A stretch of 53,057 nucleotides of DNA, the filler included, from Dirinaria sp. TL-2023a (Eukaryota), in the NCBI GenBank assembly GCA_051941275.1. It is 3 parts of 3 records of this genome, joined end to end, with 100 filler letters (N's around TTAATTAATTAA, not from the genome) between each part and the next. Parts side by side here need not be neighbours in the genome. Positions count along the whole stretch, not along the records: positions 35,454 to 53,057 come from JAVEBF010000422.1; 2 more parts are not named here. One strand, 5' to 3'. The notes below the pieces were generated by a model that did not search any database, had not been told where the DNA came from, and saw nothing but the letters and a program-made list of their open reading frames with translations. This document shows positions 35,454 to 48,670 of the stretch, piece after piece. The position numbers and the translations under genes were made by a program. Within the stretch, counting starts at the first letter, position 1, and the number at the start of each line of letters is the position of its first letter.

Positions 35454-35989
35454 GCATAGTCAACATCCTATCGACGAGCGGGATCTTCGAAGAGATCGAC
35501 CGCCCCAACAACATCATGATGGCGACGCGCGCGTTCTCGAACCTGTTCGAAACCGCCGCCGGGCGCGAGCTGGCAGATAAGTCCTACAGCAAGATCCACA
35601 ACCTCGTGCAACAGTCGGCCGCCGAGAGCGCGACTGCTTCGTCTCCTTCTTCATCCAACCGCGCGCTCTCCATAGCCATCGCAACACTCTACGTCAACTA
35701 CGCCGTGCTCTTCACGCAGCAGAAGTCGTTTTCGTCCGCGTCCATCGAGCGTGGCCTGGAGCTGGTACACGATCTCACATCGATGATCCGGCAGAACTCC
35801 GACGCCGAAGCCGTGTACAGGGCCCTGGTCGCGTTGGGGACGCTGCTCACGCTCGGCGACGAGGTCATCAAGCGGGCCGCAGATGAGATCTGCGATGCGG
35901 AGGGCGCGCTGAGGAAGGCGGAGCAGTCGGTCAGGGAACCCAGGGTCAAGGGCGTCATTGCCGAGATCAGGGCGCTGCTGAAGGGATGA
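35454..35989 (+). CDS. DOA1: C-terminal PUL domain of Doa1/Ufd3/PLAA, 5'-truncated by the gap
   Basis: NNIMMATRAFSNLF, IAIATLYVNYAV, DAEAVYRALVALGTLL, EPRVKGVIAEI are typical PUL-domain segments. Confidence 0.85.
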
Positions 35990-36292
35990 GAAAGTATGTA
36001 AGTAAGGGGAAGTAGTGGTGGTAGTGGTAGTAGCAGCAGCGACGGCATTGTATTCGAAGCTTCGATAGACAGACAGACAGCAATTAATTGCACAGTAGAG
36101 AACTGTTTTTTAGAATGAAGATGAGATCATGTGTTGGCATTTTTTTGGTGACTTGTTCCTACATCTAAAACGAACGGGCTGATTCTGCTTTGCTTTGCTT
36201 TGCTATACATTTCAGAGCCGCCTGATACATACACACCTATGCAATCCTCTGACAGCTTCAGTATCATCAGCTCGACAAATTTTCCGGCCTCA

Positions 36293-38715
36293 TCAAGCCT
36301 GAGTCTTCATCCGCTTGCTCTGCTGCTCAGGATCGCCCGCCGCTTGTTTCCCCGCTCCTTCGATCGTTTTCGTAGGAGTCCCACTGCTACGATCATCCAT
36401 GCCAACTCCATCGCCGCCGTCCACCTGAGATGCATCCTCCCGGACCCTATCACCAGTTCCACCACCCTCCAATCCTCCGCGTGAGTTATCGCCGACATTG
36501 CTATCACCGTCATGCTGGCGCTTTCCGGGGCCCTTGAGCGTCAGATTGTTGATGCCGTGATGGAGACCCTCGTCGTCTTGGTCCTGGCTCGGGATCAGAT
36601 CTTCGATTGCATCTTGATCGTCTTCGCCCAGATGGGTCTTCAGATCTGAGTCGTCCTTGTCCCATTCGTCGTCTGCATCGCTGCTTGTATCTGCATGATG
36701 ACTGACGTTGATCTTTGTAAAGCCGTGCTTGGGCCGATCTGGCGGTGTAAATTTGGGAGATTTGAAAGCGGCGTTTCTGTCAGGTGCTTTTGATTTTCGT
36801 TGCTTGTCGGAGTCTTTGACTAGGTTCTCAGGACCAGTGGGGGAGATCGCGGTCGATTCGTGAGCCTTGCTTGCGCGAAGGTCTACTTGCTGAATATCAG
36901 GTCGACTGTGCAGTACCAAAGCTTTGTCGTTCTTAACAGGTGCTTGATCAAGTGACGCTGCTGGGTATTTAGAATCTGTAGCAGACGATGATGCGGTGTC
37001 CTCCTCCTTAGAGTGCCTAGAGCCGAGGTACTGGGCCCTCCCTTTGAGCGCATCTTCGTCATCCCTGTCACGGTTCAGATGCTGGCTGGTATCTGATAGA
37101 TCTATTTGCTGGTGTATTGATGTAGGGTCATGAGCTTTGACACCTGCTTCTTCCAGACGACCAAGTGCATTGGAGCGCCTGGCATTAGGACCTTTGGCCA
37201 ATCTTCGATGCTCGATTTGGTCCTCATAAGATACACCTTCATACCTTGCTGACTTTGGGGTCAAAGGGAGGCCTCGGGCAATGCTCAATGGGACTTTGCT
37301 TGAGAAATTCGCATCTATCGGTCCGCGCGTGCGATGTGAATTTTCCGGCGACCGTGGGAATTCTGGTATGAGTTTCTCAAGTATTTCTATTGAAACGTAG
37401 CTGTCAGCGCATAATCGGTTGGCTCAAAAAGTGGACGTGTAAAGACAGGCGTCAATTGCCGAAAGCCTACAGGCATAGACTTTACGCAAGCGTTAAAATT
37501 TGAGAGTTCAATGGCCATGGCATGATGGTGATCTAGTATCAAAACGAAAACATCCTGAGAGAGGCGACGCACCTTGGCTGCGGTAGAAGAATTTGAAGCT
37601 AGCAAATGGCCTCTCATCCTTATTGTATAGTTCGTAGCTAACGACAGGGACATGGTTTGAACAGTTGGTTTTGGTTTTGGCAACGCTAACAGTATCAGTC
37701 AGGAGCTCAAACATTTGTTCAACTGGAACTGACCCAGCAGTATGTGTCAATCCTATAGTTGTCCCACTCATGACTGCGTCTTCTGCCTCACCCTCCCGGT
37801 GCTTCGGCTGATAATCATAGTTTGTCCATTTTCTTCGTAGGACAACGCGCTCAACTATGACTTCGATTTGGCCCACACCCTTTTTCCCTTCTCTTTCCAT
37901 ATCGTTCTCCGGGTGGAGAGCAGCAGTATTCATGGCAGCTGTTAGTTCGTCTTCGGCCTCCATCTCTGCTTGATCTTCTGATATGAATAGCGTATTCAAG
38001 ATAATGTCAATACCAATTTCATTGAATACCCAAGCATGTTCTTGTATTGTACCGTCTTCGGCTCGTACTAACCGAGACGTCAGCATTGACTTGCCATCTG
38101 CACTGAAATCCTCATGTTCTGGATCCAGATAGACAATCACTCTGCGCTCTACTTTCCGCCGTCCATCGAGGTAGAGAGACGCAAGGAAGTGATATGGCGG
38201 TGGTTTCCCATGAGGTGAAGGAATATGGATAGGGGAAGGAACACGGATAGGCGATGAGGAGTACCGCGTTCCTCCATGTCTGAATTGGCATGAATCTCCG
38301 TCATTGTTAGTTAGATCTTGGGATCTGTTGCCTGTGTGATGGCTGTAAGACTGTTTGGGGTTTCGAAGCGAGGTACGAGATTCAAGATCAGGATAAGAAA
38401 CATGCCGATGCCCTATATTGATGGAGTTAGCATAGCTCGTACGAGCGGCTTGTGTTAAGTAATGCCTCTACGATTACCTCGCCCAGAATTACACTGGCCG
38501 CCTTCGGCATCCGTACGTCCCGTAGGTTGACTTGCTATGTCTTCATCAACGTACGGAATCTTGGCTTGCACAGCGACTTTAAATGTCAGATTTGACTGGG
38601 CTTTGATGTAAGCCGAAACCTTGTTGTGCTTAGGAAAGTGCTGCACAGCCCATTCTTCCAGTTCTTGTCCTTCGGCATCAGTGATATGAACACTCAGATT
38701 CCGCAACTGAGGCAT
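36293..38715 (-). CDS. Fungal hypothetical protein (beta-rich N-terminal domain, long disordered acidic C-terminus), multi-exon
   Basis: ORFs 38715-38455, 38140-37508 and 37288-36293 lie on one strand with GT-AG introns between (e.g. ~37388-37571). Segments ELEEWAV...VSAYIKA, PYHFLASLYLDGR, VGQIEVIVERV and PFASFKFFYRS read as one domain. Exact exon borders are uncertain. Confidence 0.7.
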
Positions 38716-39449
38716 GCTGATCTAGAATAGCAGCGACCAGACTCATCGATCTGTTGCTGTACCGCCTTTATAAAGCGCTGCGCAGACCCAGACTGTGGCT
38801 CAATCACGATCTCGACGATGATCACCATAGTCCTTTGTGCATCGCCGGTACTTTTTATGGGCGGAAGGCAAAGCTCTGGCGATGCTGAGTCCGCATGGTT
38901 TCCTGTTGTAGAGTGAAGGCAATCAGAGCAAAGTCTAGCAAACACGAGTTTCATGTGAGAGAAAGGATTCCGCAAGCGAAGGAAAGAACTAGAGAAGGCA
39001 AAGGCAACAGCGAAGCCCAAGGACGACCCCAGATCCTCCAAAGTGATCACATGGACCCCACAACACACTCATTGTTGTCAGTATAGCCACCTCCTTCAGA
39101 CATCTAATCTGACCAGCTACAGCTGCAAACTTGATACTGTCTATTTTCGGTGGAGAGCCTACTTATCTTATAGCCAAGCCGCAAAATGGCAAAAAACCCT
39201 TACAGAATAAATGATTAGCCGCCAATAAGCAGACCTAGCAACTTGTTGGATTCCCAACAAATACGTAGCTTCACAAGCTCTATGAGATATCCTACTGTGA
39301 TCCAAAGCACAGACAATGGAAGACTCCTTACTCTCCTCATACCAAGCAACATTTACGCTTCTAGGGGTATCTTCCAAAATCTGAACATTTCCAAGCCGCC
39401 GCCCTTTATACCAATTCAGTAGTTCAAATAAATTCACATCTCTCACTTC

Positions 39450-41595
39450 TCACTTTCCAATGCCGATTTCGTAACCAAGAAGGACTTCCGTCGAGCTCCC
39501 TTCCCAGCCACGGCTGCCCGCGGTTGAAATCATATACCTACATGTTGGGTCAAGATAAAGCTGAGAGATTACCCCAGTCCGATGACCAGGAACAATCAGA
39601 AAAGGAACAGTAGAGTGTTTGAATGTCTGTTGCTGTTGCAAGTCGTACAGGCGTAGGATATCGTAAGAAGCACTGACTTCAGATTAGCGTAAAGCATCGT
39701 TTGTCCATGTTCACCAACCAGATCAAATGCCTTCCATTGGGCATAGCTCGAACAGCACTGACCGGTCCGCTACCGTTAGGAAGTTTAAACGTCCGTTCAG
39801 CACCTCTCAGTCCTTTATGCAGGCTGAATTCCTCGACAGTACCGTTTCTCCGACCAGCGTAGATAAAATTTCCATCCGGTGACCAACAGGCGTTCATGCA
39901 CCATGGAGGGGTATTCCGGGGCAGGATCTTAGCGACAGCTGTTGCTTGCCGCTTGTCCCACACCCTCAGGGTACCGTCCATGGAAGCTGCAAGGAAGGTG
40001 GAGCCAGGGGAAGGCACTTGAGGGAGCTCTGGCAAGGCTTCGGTTCCACCACTAGACTGATTAATAGAATCATCGGAATGAGGCAGTCCATTCGGAACTT
40101 TTATCTCTGCTCTGTCGCTTTGCTTTCCAAGTTCAACAGCAGAAGAGTTTTGCACAGTGGGAGGCCCACTCAGAGATGTGTCTCCGGTTGCCGGTTTAGC
40201 GTCAGTCATGTCGATATCACCTTGAGTGTCGGCGTTCTCCTGCTCTTGTATCCCGTTCGCAATTGCTAGAGAGAACTCATCATCCTCCGCATCGACAGTA
40301 AAGTTACCAGTCGAAGGAGCGCCGACCTCGCCGTCATCGTTATCTCCAAAGAGAGAATCGGCCTCGCCACCAACAAAGAGGGAGTCTGTTGGAGATGCTT
40401 CTCCAATCTCGAGCCCATCTTGCAGAGACTCTTCTTTAGGCTCTACATCGAGAATATCCTGAGATAAACCGTTTGGCCGTGGTTTGCTCAGACTGTCTGA
40501 TGCTAGAGTGCCATTGGTTAGCGGGACATCACCACACGCTTCGGGTACGGGCAGGCTTGAAAGTGGCCGAGTTTCCAAAGCAGAGATTTGCCCTCCGCTA
40601 CCCTCGAAGGTGCGTTTTGCCTTCCCTGTGTCGAGGTCCCAATCGATGACAGTCTTATCCCAGCTTCCAGACAAGGCCGAACGCTCGTCCTGGCTTAAAG
40701 TAAGGACTGATACAGCAGATGTGTGCTTCCTCATACTGTGTATGAGCTTGCCTTCGTCGTGTCTTATCGACTGGAGATTAATCCCACCCGATTCAAGTCC
40801 TGATAACAGCCAAAGTCCCTCATTGTGGACGGCCAGTGAATATACGGCGGAGATTGCTGGCCCATCACCAGCCATAGGTGCCTTCGCTATATGTCATGTT
40901 CAGCGTGAGCTCTCCCAATAGCAGCGACGGAAATCCATACGTTGCTGATCTTCATTCTCCCAGTAGCTCATGAGTACGCCTGCTTTTGTCACACTGTCGA
41001 CGAATGGGTGCTTCTGCGCCACAGTGAGCATGGACTTGCCATTGGCAGTTTCGACCCAATTAAACTTTCGTATGTAGCCATCCGATCCACCGCTGAAGAC
41101 CCAGCGCAGATCTGGCGTGGCAGTTATTGCATTGATAGACGTACTATGTGGAGCTGCAATTGTCGGCACTATGTCGTAGACAGGCGCCGTCAAGGCCTCC
41201 GGTCGGACCAAAGGTGTGTTCGGATGGAATGCTGAGGGTTGGAGCGCAGCTGGGTTCGGATGCGAAGTTGGCCCTGCAATCGTAGAAGCTGCCGGTCCAG
41301 AGGAGCCTTGTGTCGATCTTTTAGCCAAGAGGGACGGTTGAGAAGTCGTCATAGACTTGGATCCCAAGCCATTGATGCCTCCAAAGGAGTCCTGAGAGCC
41401 TTCTTGGTCCGGCTCATCCTCCTCCTCATCGTTATCATCGTTGTCTTCCTCATTGTCAGCTTCTCCTTCGACCTCTGCATCCGCAGCCCCGATGGTCTCT
41501 GGATCACCCTGGCCAGCTGCATCTTCGTCATCAAAACTCCCTTCAGGTGATCCAGGGCTATCCCTCTCGTCCTCATCTCCTCCAAAAGACTGCAT
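39450..41595 (-). CDS. SPT8: SAGA complex WD40 subunit Spt8, 3 exons
   Basis: Acidic N-terminus; YDIVPTIAAPHSTSINA, VFSGGSDGYIRKF, LTVAQKHPFVDSV, PPWCMNACWS, VPFLIVPGH, AGSRGWEG. Confidence 0.95.
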
Positions 41596-42278
41596 GTCTG
41601 CGTGTTGGGACCATGTAGGGTGTTCCTCAATTCGGTCATACCATGCCTGTAGAGGGGAAATGGGACCCTGCTGCTGCTTGCACTATCAGTACACTAGGTA
41701 TGTAGATCTCATTGTCTGGTTTCAGGGAGTAGTCTCAGCAAAGCTTCATGCCTCTATTATATTAAACGTCCAAAAGTGCTGGGAGATTGGAAGAATGCAG
41801 TAGTGACTTTGTTGAACTACTCTAACCCAAGCCACTCACTCCTTCCTCCGGCAGAAGCCTTTAGTCTTCACTAGTCCCGCCTTCCTCCCACTGCTTGCGC
41901 CACAAACATCGCCACCATCCGCCACCAATTGCCGGAGATTAACCTAAAACGTTCCCTCTTCAGGAATCGCGCCCGGCTTGTAGCGCACAAACATCTGAGA
42001 GTTTGTCATGACCTTCTTCCTTCCTGCTTCATCACCTGGGCCTTTTAGTAGCTAGACAACAAGAACAAACAGACTCAGATGGTTGGCACATACTTATATC
42101 AGTCTGTTGAAGGCCACAGGAAAAAGCCTGGACAAGGACCGAACAAGCCCAATCTCCCCGGTGGATCGCTAGGCCAAACTCAACTTCTCCTTTGTTAGTC
42201 ACACCAAAATCCAATTTGGTGTCATAATCTCCTTACCTTTACTTGCTTCCGGAACCACCTGTGCTATTGCAAGCCAAA

Positions 42279-42761
42279 ATGAGCAGGTATACGCCACTCC
42301 AGGATCACCGGGATCATATGGCCCTACAGGATGCCGGTATGGATCAAAGTGACCGAGAGCTAGAACCCAGAATTAGCAGACCACGCGGTAAGTAGCAGTG
42401 CTACATTCAGTCCTGAGCAATAATTTCCAATTTTACCCAACATCTAGTTGGACACTTTCTATGTTGCTGCCACTTGTGTCAATTTCTTTTTTCCACATCT
42501 CTTCTCCAGCGCATTAGAGGAAGATCTCTACTGCACCTGCAGGGTGAGGAGCAAAGCCGGACTCGATACTACCTTACTTTCAATTTGGATTGCAAGAGCT
42601 TGATCACAGTTGCCATCATGATTTCACTCGGGCAGGCAATTGTGAAGAGACAAGAGTATCTTGCAGAAACTATTGAGAGACTGAAGAGCATTTGGAAGGA
42701 ACTTATGAAAAGACGAGATGAGTATTTAGGAGACAAGCATCATGTTGTGCTGGAACTGTGA
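42279..42761 (+). CDS. Possible small orphan gene (140 aa) or distal first exon of the downstream helicase
   Basis: ATG in aaaATG context; exon 42279-42387 ends at a strong GTAAGT donor (phase 1). It is in frame both with the acceptor at 42447 (ORF to 42761) and with the helicase acceptor at 43684. Confidence 0.3.
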
Positions 42762-43204
42762 ACACGGACCATGACATTATGTCAACCACAGTGGCTCTTT
42801 AACCTACGTAGGAGCTAAAATGACAAGATCTTACTGCTCATTTCAACTGCCGCTTTCCGCTTAGGAGAAGCCACTCAGATCTCTGAGAGAAATTTTGGTG
42901 TCAAGTGTCACATCTCATGTGAAGCTGCACCGGTGAGTGTTAAATATCGAGTACTCTAGCTGGTTCTCAAATGCAACCACCTCAATGTCTTGGAAAGAAA
43001 GTATCAAGAAATGGGAGAGGTATATGGAGTTCGCCCTTTATGATACACGTGAACTATTAGCGGTTCAGCGTAAGTTGAAGTCCTGTCGAGGCTCCTCGAT
43101 CCCTATCGGCGAGCTAATCCGACAAGAGACAAGACCTTGTACTTAAATCGATCATCTCGCTTACCTTCAACCTGACAACCTCCTTTACTTACTGAACTCA
43201 ACAC

Positions 43205-46200
43205 ATGTACACCCGTCGGCATCACAGCATGCTATCAAATTTCACCAGGACTCCGTCCTACATTGCTTGGGATATTGTTTCGGATGGGCCGCCTTGGCGG
43301 GTGATTGTTCCTACATCGCCCAGCGAGGGGGACATTTCCCCAACCGGGTTGGAGCCTTCCTGGATGAATACTCTTGAGCCGCCGCCACGACAGAGTGCTC
43401 TACGTAAGTTGCTTGTCAACGTAACAGCCGCTTTAGATCTGGCATAAATCTGCAACAATCAGAAGTGGTTCCGCGTTTCGAGCTACCGCCGCCGTTGCCC
43501 GATATGAACTCACTAACTATACCCCGGCGCTTGGCTACTGCCAAGGCTCACCGGTGTACACGGTCTCATATCTTTGATTTTTCTTTCACCTGTGCGAAGT
43601 TTTAGTAGTGCAAACCCTCATGCTTGATTCCTTCTTACTACATCCTGATCGATGTTCCGACCGCTAATTGAATTCTACTTCTAGTCAGGAATAATCTCAA
43701 CGTCCGTGTCCGCGAATACGTGCTGTCAAACCCAATCGACGGAGACTCCCCGTCCTGGGTCTCCAAGAGAGAGATTCCCTCGTCAGAAGAAATTCGAGGC
43801 GTTGACGACAATTCTCGAGTAGAGGACGAGATTGAGGTACCTGTCAATAGAGTTCAAGAGCCATGGGAGTCGAAGGGCTTTTACCTAGAGTCCCACTACA
43901 AATTGTTGAGAGAAGACGCGGTCACTCCGCTCCGTGATGCTGTCGCTGAAGTACGCTTGAGACCATATTTGATCGAGAAAAACTCCGTCGAAAATGCTGC
44001 GGTCTACGTCAAAGTCTTTATTGTCGGATTTACGTTTGCAAACTCCGGCATAGCTGCACGGATTTCATTTTCTCTAGAACGTGTAGGGAAGAAAATAATC
44101 TGGCAGCAGTCCAAGCGACTTACTTCAGGCACGATCGTTGCCCTCTCGACCCCACAGGACCACTTTCAGAGTATTTGTATTGTGGCCGTAGTTGCAGCCA
44201 GAGCCCTGGCCGGTTTAGAGCTCGATCCTCCCGAGATCGACATCTTCTTTGCGAGTCCAGACGAGATAGAGATCGACCCGCAACAAGAGTGGATCATGGT
44301 CGAATCTCGCAATGGGTTCTTTGAGTCGCATCGGCACACTCTCAAGGCTCTGCAGAAGATGTCGAAGGAGAGGTCGGTTCATGAGCTCAAGCAACGGTTG
44401 CACTCTTGTAGCTAATTAAGTCACCAGTTTCCCCCTCTCAGACCATATTGTTGGCTTAAGCAAGGAGATCAACGCTCCAGAGTATCTTGTGCAGCAGCCA
44501 CACAAGGATTTGTCGCACATATTTAGGTCTGAGGGCAAGGATTTTCGCAACGTTGATGTACTACAGGAATGGCCTGAAGATGCCGAAAGCGACTTGGACG
44601 TGTTTCAGCTCGATGCTCTCCGACGTATACTGACAAAGAGAGTCGCAATTGTTCAAGGGCCTCCAGGTACAGGGAAGACCTTGTAAGTTACGAATTTCTT
44701 TTCTTGCGGTACTCGACTGCCCCCGTTCCTCACCACCCCGCGGAGCCCGAAAGAAATCCAGGAAGCTTTGCCATCTACAAATAGGCACTATACATTGTAG
44801 ACTCTCCGGCGGTAATACTGGAATCGACCGAGGTTTCGAAACCACATCCTCCATGTAGACTTAAAATCAACAACCTTAGGTCGGAACACGAGCATAGAAA
44901 AGGAAAGGCTGACTGTTTCAGTGTTTCTGTGAAGGCGCTTCAAACTCTCCATGGGAATTTGAAGCCTGGAGACCCCCCCATTTTGGTGGCATCCCATACC
45001 AACCATGCCTTGGACCAGCTACTTCGACATATCAAGCATTTTGACGAAGATTTCATCCGTCTTGGGGGCTTCACGACGGACCAGGAAAATATCAAGCCAA
45101 GGACAATGTGGGAGGTTAAGCAGGCCGTCAAAAAACCTGATGCACGTTCTCCCATTTACCCTGTTTCTATAGTAGCACCACTCTCTACCAAATTTTGGTT
45201 TTTGTTCAACAGAAGAATACTGTAAAAGACTTGTGCTGACCCGAGAATCTTCTAGATCCCAGGTGGCGCCAGAACCCCTGCTCTAGCTCAAATGAGGCGC
45301 TTGACCAAAGAGCTGAGCGATTTGCTAAAGCCATTAACATCATATGGCGACGACGACGAGCCCAAGCCTATCGATTCAGAAGTCTTTGTAAAGTATGGAG
45401 TCATCACGGAACCGCAGCGCGAGTCCCTGATTGAAGAACTCGAGAACTGGTTCAGCCACGGCGAACCTATGAACGATCTCGAGACCTGGCTTGGGCGAGA
45501 CTTGATCCCGTTCGTACCTTCCGATCACATGCCATTGTTCGCCTTCGTATTCGAGGAAATGGACCTGGAATACGAACAGCTCCAAGAAATGGAGGCTGAG
45601 GCTAAGGCCGACGAAGACGAAGACTTCGATACATTAAGGGGCCATGCAGTGCGCCTTGATGAGCCTTTCATCGGAAACAAGAATCATACTAATTTCACCG
45701 ATGAGAAAATCGAAGAATTATTGCAAGAGCAGGATTTGCACAAGATTCCACGTAAATACCGTGGTCCAATCTACCGCTGGATGCAACGGAAGCTTAAAGG
45801 AGCAATACGAGACGCCTTTCGTCAAAAAGCACGCCAGCATACCGAGCTCGTGCAGCAGCTCAAGATCGGACGATGGGAGATAGAGTCCAATTTCTTGGAG
45901 CAGGCAAAGATTGTGGGGATGACAACAACAGGTCTCAGCAAGTACCGTGGCCTTCTCCAGAGCGTAAAGCCCAAAATCGTGATGATCGAAGAGGCCGCAG
46001 AGACACTTGAAGCCTTTGTGACCGCCGCATGCATGGACACTATAGAACATATCATCCTTGTTGGCGATCATCAGCAGCTACGTGGGCATTGCTCCGTCCC
46101 AGATTTAGAGGGAGTTCCTTTTTTCCTGGTACGTGCTCCTCCGAAGATTTTCCTAGGTCGTCCAGCTTTCACTGCTTTGTTTTGGTTTTGATAGCTCGAA

Positions 46201-47778
46201 TCTCCTCATAAGCAGATCTCTGAGAGCCAAGTGCTGACTTGAGAACAAAAACTCCTGTAGGACGTTAGCATGTTTGAACGATTTGTCGTCCATACGATAG
46301 GCCATACACAGCTGCAGCTCCAGAGGAGAATGATTCCAGAGATCCGTCGTATCGTCATGCCTATCTACCCAGGTCTCAAAGACCATCCATCGGTACTGCA
46401 GCGAGAGCCTGTTCCGGGAATGGGAGGAGTCAACAGCTACCTTTTCGTTCATAACTGGCTCGAAGACGCTGATTCCCAGTTCTCGAAAGTCAACGTTGAA
46501 GAAGCAAGAATGCTAGTTGCCTTCTACAACTACCTCGTAGATGCTGGCGTGAAAACGCCAGAAATTTCTGTCCTCACTTTTTACAACGGGCAGCGAAAGC
46601 TCATCCTGAGGTCTCTACGTCGGCATCCTAATCTTCAAGGCCATAGGTTTAAGGTTGCTACAGTGGATGCCTACCAAGGGGAAGAAAATGGCATCGTGCT
46701 GTTGTCACTTGTGCGCAACAACCAAAACGCCAACATCGGCTTTCTATCAGTCATTAACCGAGTTTGCGTTGCATTGTCTCGAGCTCAACGTGGTTTCTAC
46801 ATCTTCGGGAACGCCCATTTTATATGTCGCTTGAACGTGAAATGGTTTGAACTCGTGCAGGCTATGGGCAGTAATCCCAAACGCCTGGGCTATCATCTTC
46901 CCATAACCTGTGACATGCATCATAAGAAGCAATATTTCCAAAGTAAGTCCACCACAGTCATCAACTAATTTGACATTTACTGAATATGCTACAGAACCAG
47001 AAGACTTTGATAACGTCAACGGGGGCTGCTCAATGCCTTGCAATGAAGAACTTCCCTGCGGGCACTTGTGTCCGCTTTTCTGCCATTCGTACGTCGCAGT
47101 GACCCTTAACCGCGAAAGCAGTGCTAAACATACTATAGATTCGCTCATACAGAGGTCGTTTGCAAGAAGCCATGCACTCGCCACCGTGAATGCGGCCATC
47201 CGTGCCTGGAGCAGTGCTATCTTCCTTGCCGCTGCATCTGTGGTAGTGACGCAGCGCCACCCGACGCAGGAATGCCAGCTGTCAAACTTCCATCCGGACC
47301 GTCTCCTGGGGGCTCTCGGTCCCAATCCCAAGTTCGCCAGGTGAACAACCGCTCTTCCCAAACAAACCTTCCGGCCGGCACATCATCCAGTCAAATGAGC
47401 GCCAAGCAGAAGGCGGACCGGGTCGAAGAGTTCCAAGAGTTTGCGCAAGGTGGGCATTTCGAAGCAGACAAAAAACTCGATGCGGCTGCAAATAAAGAAG
47501 TTGCTGTCGCCGTGGATGAAGATGCAAAGAGAAAATTGCAAAAGTTGGATGATGAGATGGCAGCCGCGTTGTTTGGAGATTTGGACGACGCTGCCGCTCG
47601 TACCGACTCGCCGAAGAAGCAGAGCCTATCCCCCAAGAAGAAGGAAGGTGTGGTCTTGGTGCGACGCTCCCCGGACGGGAGGCGTGGTGTCTGGAGAGGA
47701 ACGTATGATCCGATGGTCAAATCCGAGGACGAGGAGAAGAAGGAGTTCAAGGGCTTCGAGAAGAGTCTACTGGACTGA
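43205..47778 (+). CDS. HRR1: UPF1-like SF1 RNA helicase with NFX1-type zinc finger (Hrr1/SAD-3/ZNFX1 family), multi-exon; 5' end uncertain
   Basis: HYKLLREDAV, WQQSKRL, QGPPGTGKT, TNHALDQ, IEEAAE, VGDHQQL, SMFER, TVDAYQGEE, NRVCVALSRA; CSMPCNEELPCGHLCPLFCH. Confidence 0.9.
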
Positions 47779-48670
47779 GTCGGGCGGGGTAGAAGGGAGG
47801 ATGGATGGATGCGAGAGAGAGATTGAACTTTGATTTGCACTCAGCCGGTTATACGAGATTCAATTGCATTGTAGATGATGAAGGGGAGAAAAGCACGTTA
47901 CGGTCGGCAATATTGGGGGGGGGGAGGGGCTTTTCTCTCTGTTATGCCAGAGATGGGCATATGTCAGCCAAATTAGCTTGAGCGCTGTCAGTCAGCAGTT
48001 AGCAATTATTACCCACCCAGCTTCGAGCAAAATGTATCAATAGAAAGAAAGAAAGAAAGAAAAAAAATTCAAAATCTGTTTTGCCACCTTCCTCGCTAAG
48101 CCTAATTCTTCTTGGGCAAAAAACATCGTATTGAAGTGAAGCTAGTTCATGATATGTGTACTTTAGGCAGAGAGAGATATATATATATACACAAGCGGCT
48201 CCTCTGGTCTATCTATCTGTCTGTCATAAAGAAGAGACTCGTGATCCAAAACCCCAGCCCCCAATCCAGGTAGGCAGGCAACAAAAGCCATGAAAAGTAG
48301 GTAGTGTCCCATTTTCAGTAGTAGTGTTTCTCGTAGTCGCACCCCAAAAACAGCGCAAGCAAGCGGAAAATGGCGACTTACTACAAGCGAGAGAATTTGT
48401 CACCCAAGAAAAAAAAAGGTCCATGGGGATAATAGGTAGGTACGGAGTAGGTAGGTAGGGAGGTAATATTGTTGGCGAGAATACTTTATATATATATATA
48501 TGGCTCATACGCGGCCTCGATAGCTGTAGATCACGCTTCTATAACCCGTGAGAGAGAAGGGATATTCATGACCACGCCCATCTTTTGTGACGCTGTTGGA
48601 AATCCCCCCCAAAACTTCCTCCATAGTAACCAACCAATCCATGCCAAAAAAAAAGCCAAAATTTCCCCCA

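Noticed and set aside
24556..35989. Ubiquitin-system gene cluster (DOA10, LRR-like gene, DOA1, plus CSN3)
   Set aside because: DOA1 and CSN3 lie on other contigs separated by artificial linkers, and such genes are common.
42620..43146. Degenerate TPR/kinesin-light-chain-like remnant (LGDKHHVVL, ERNFGVKCH)
   Set aside because: Similarity is limited to a few residues and broken by stops; not supportable without a search.
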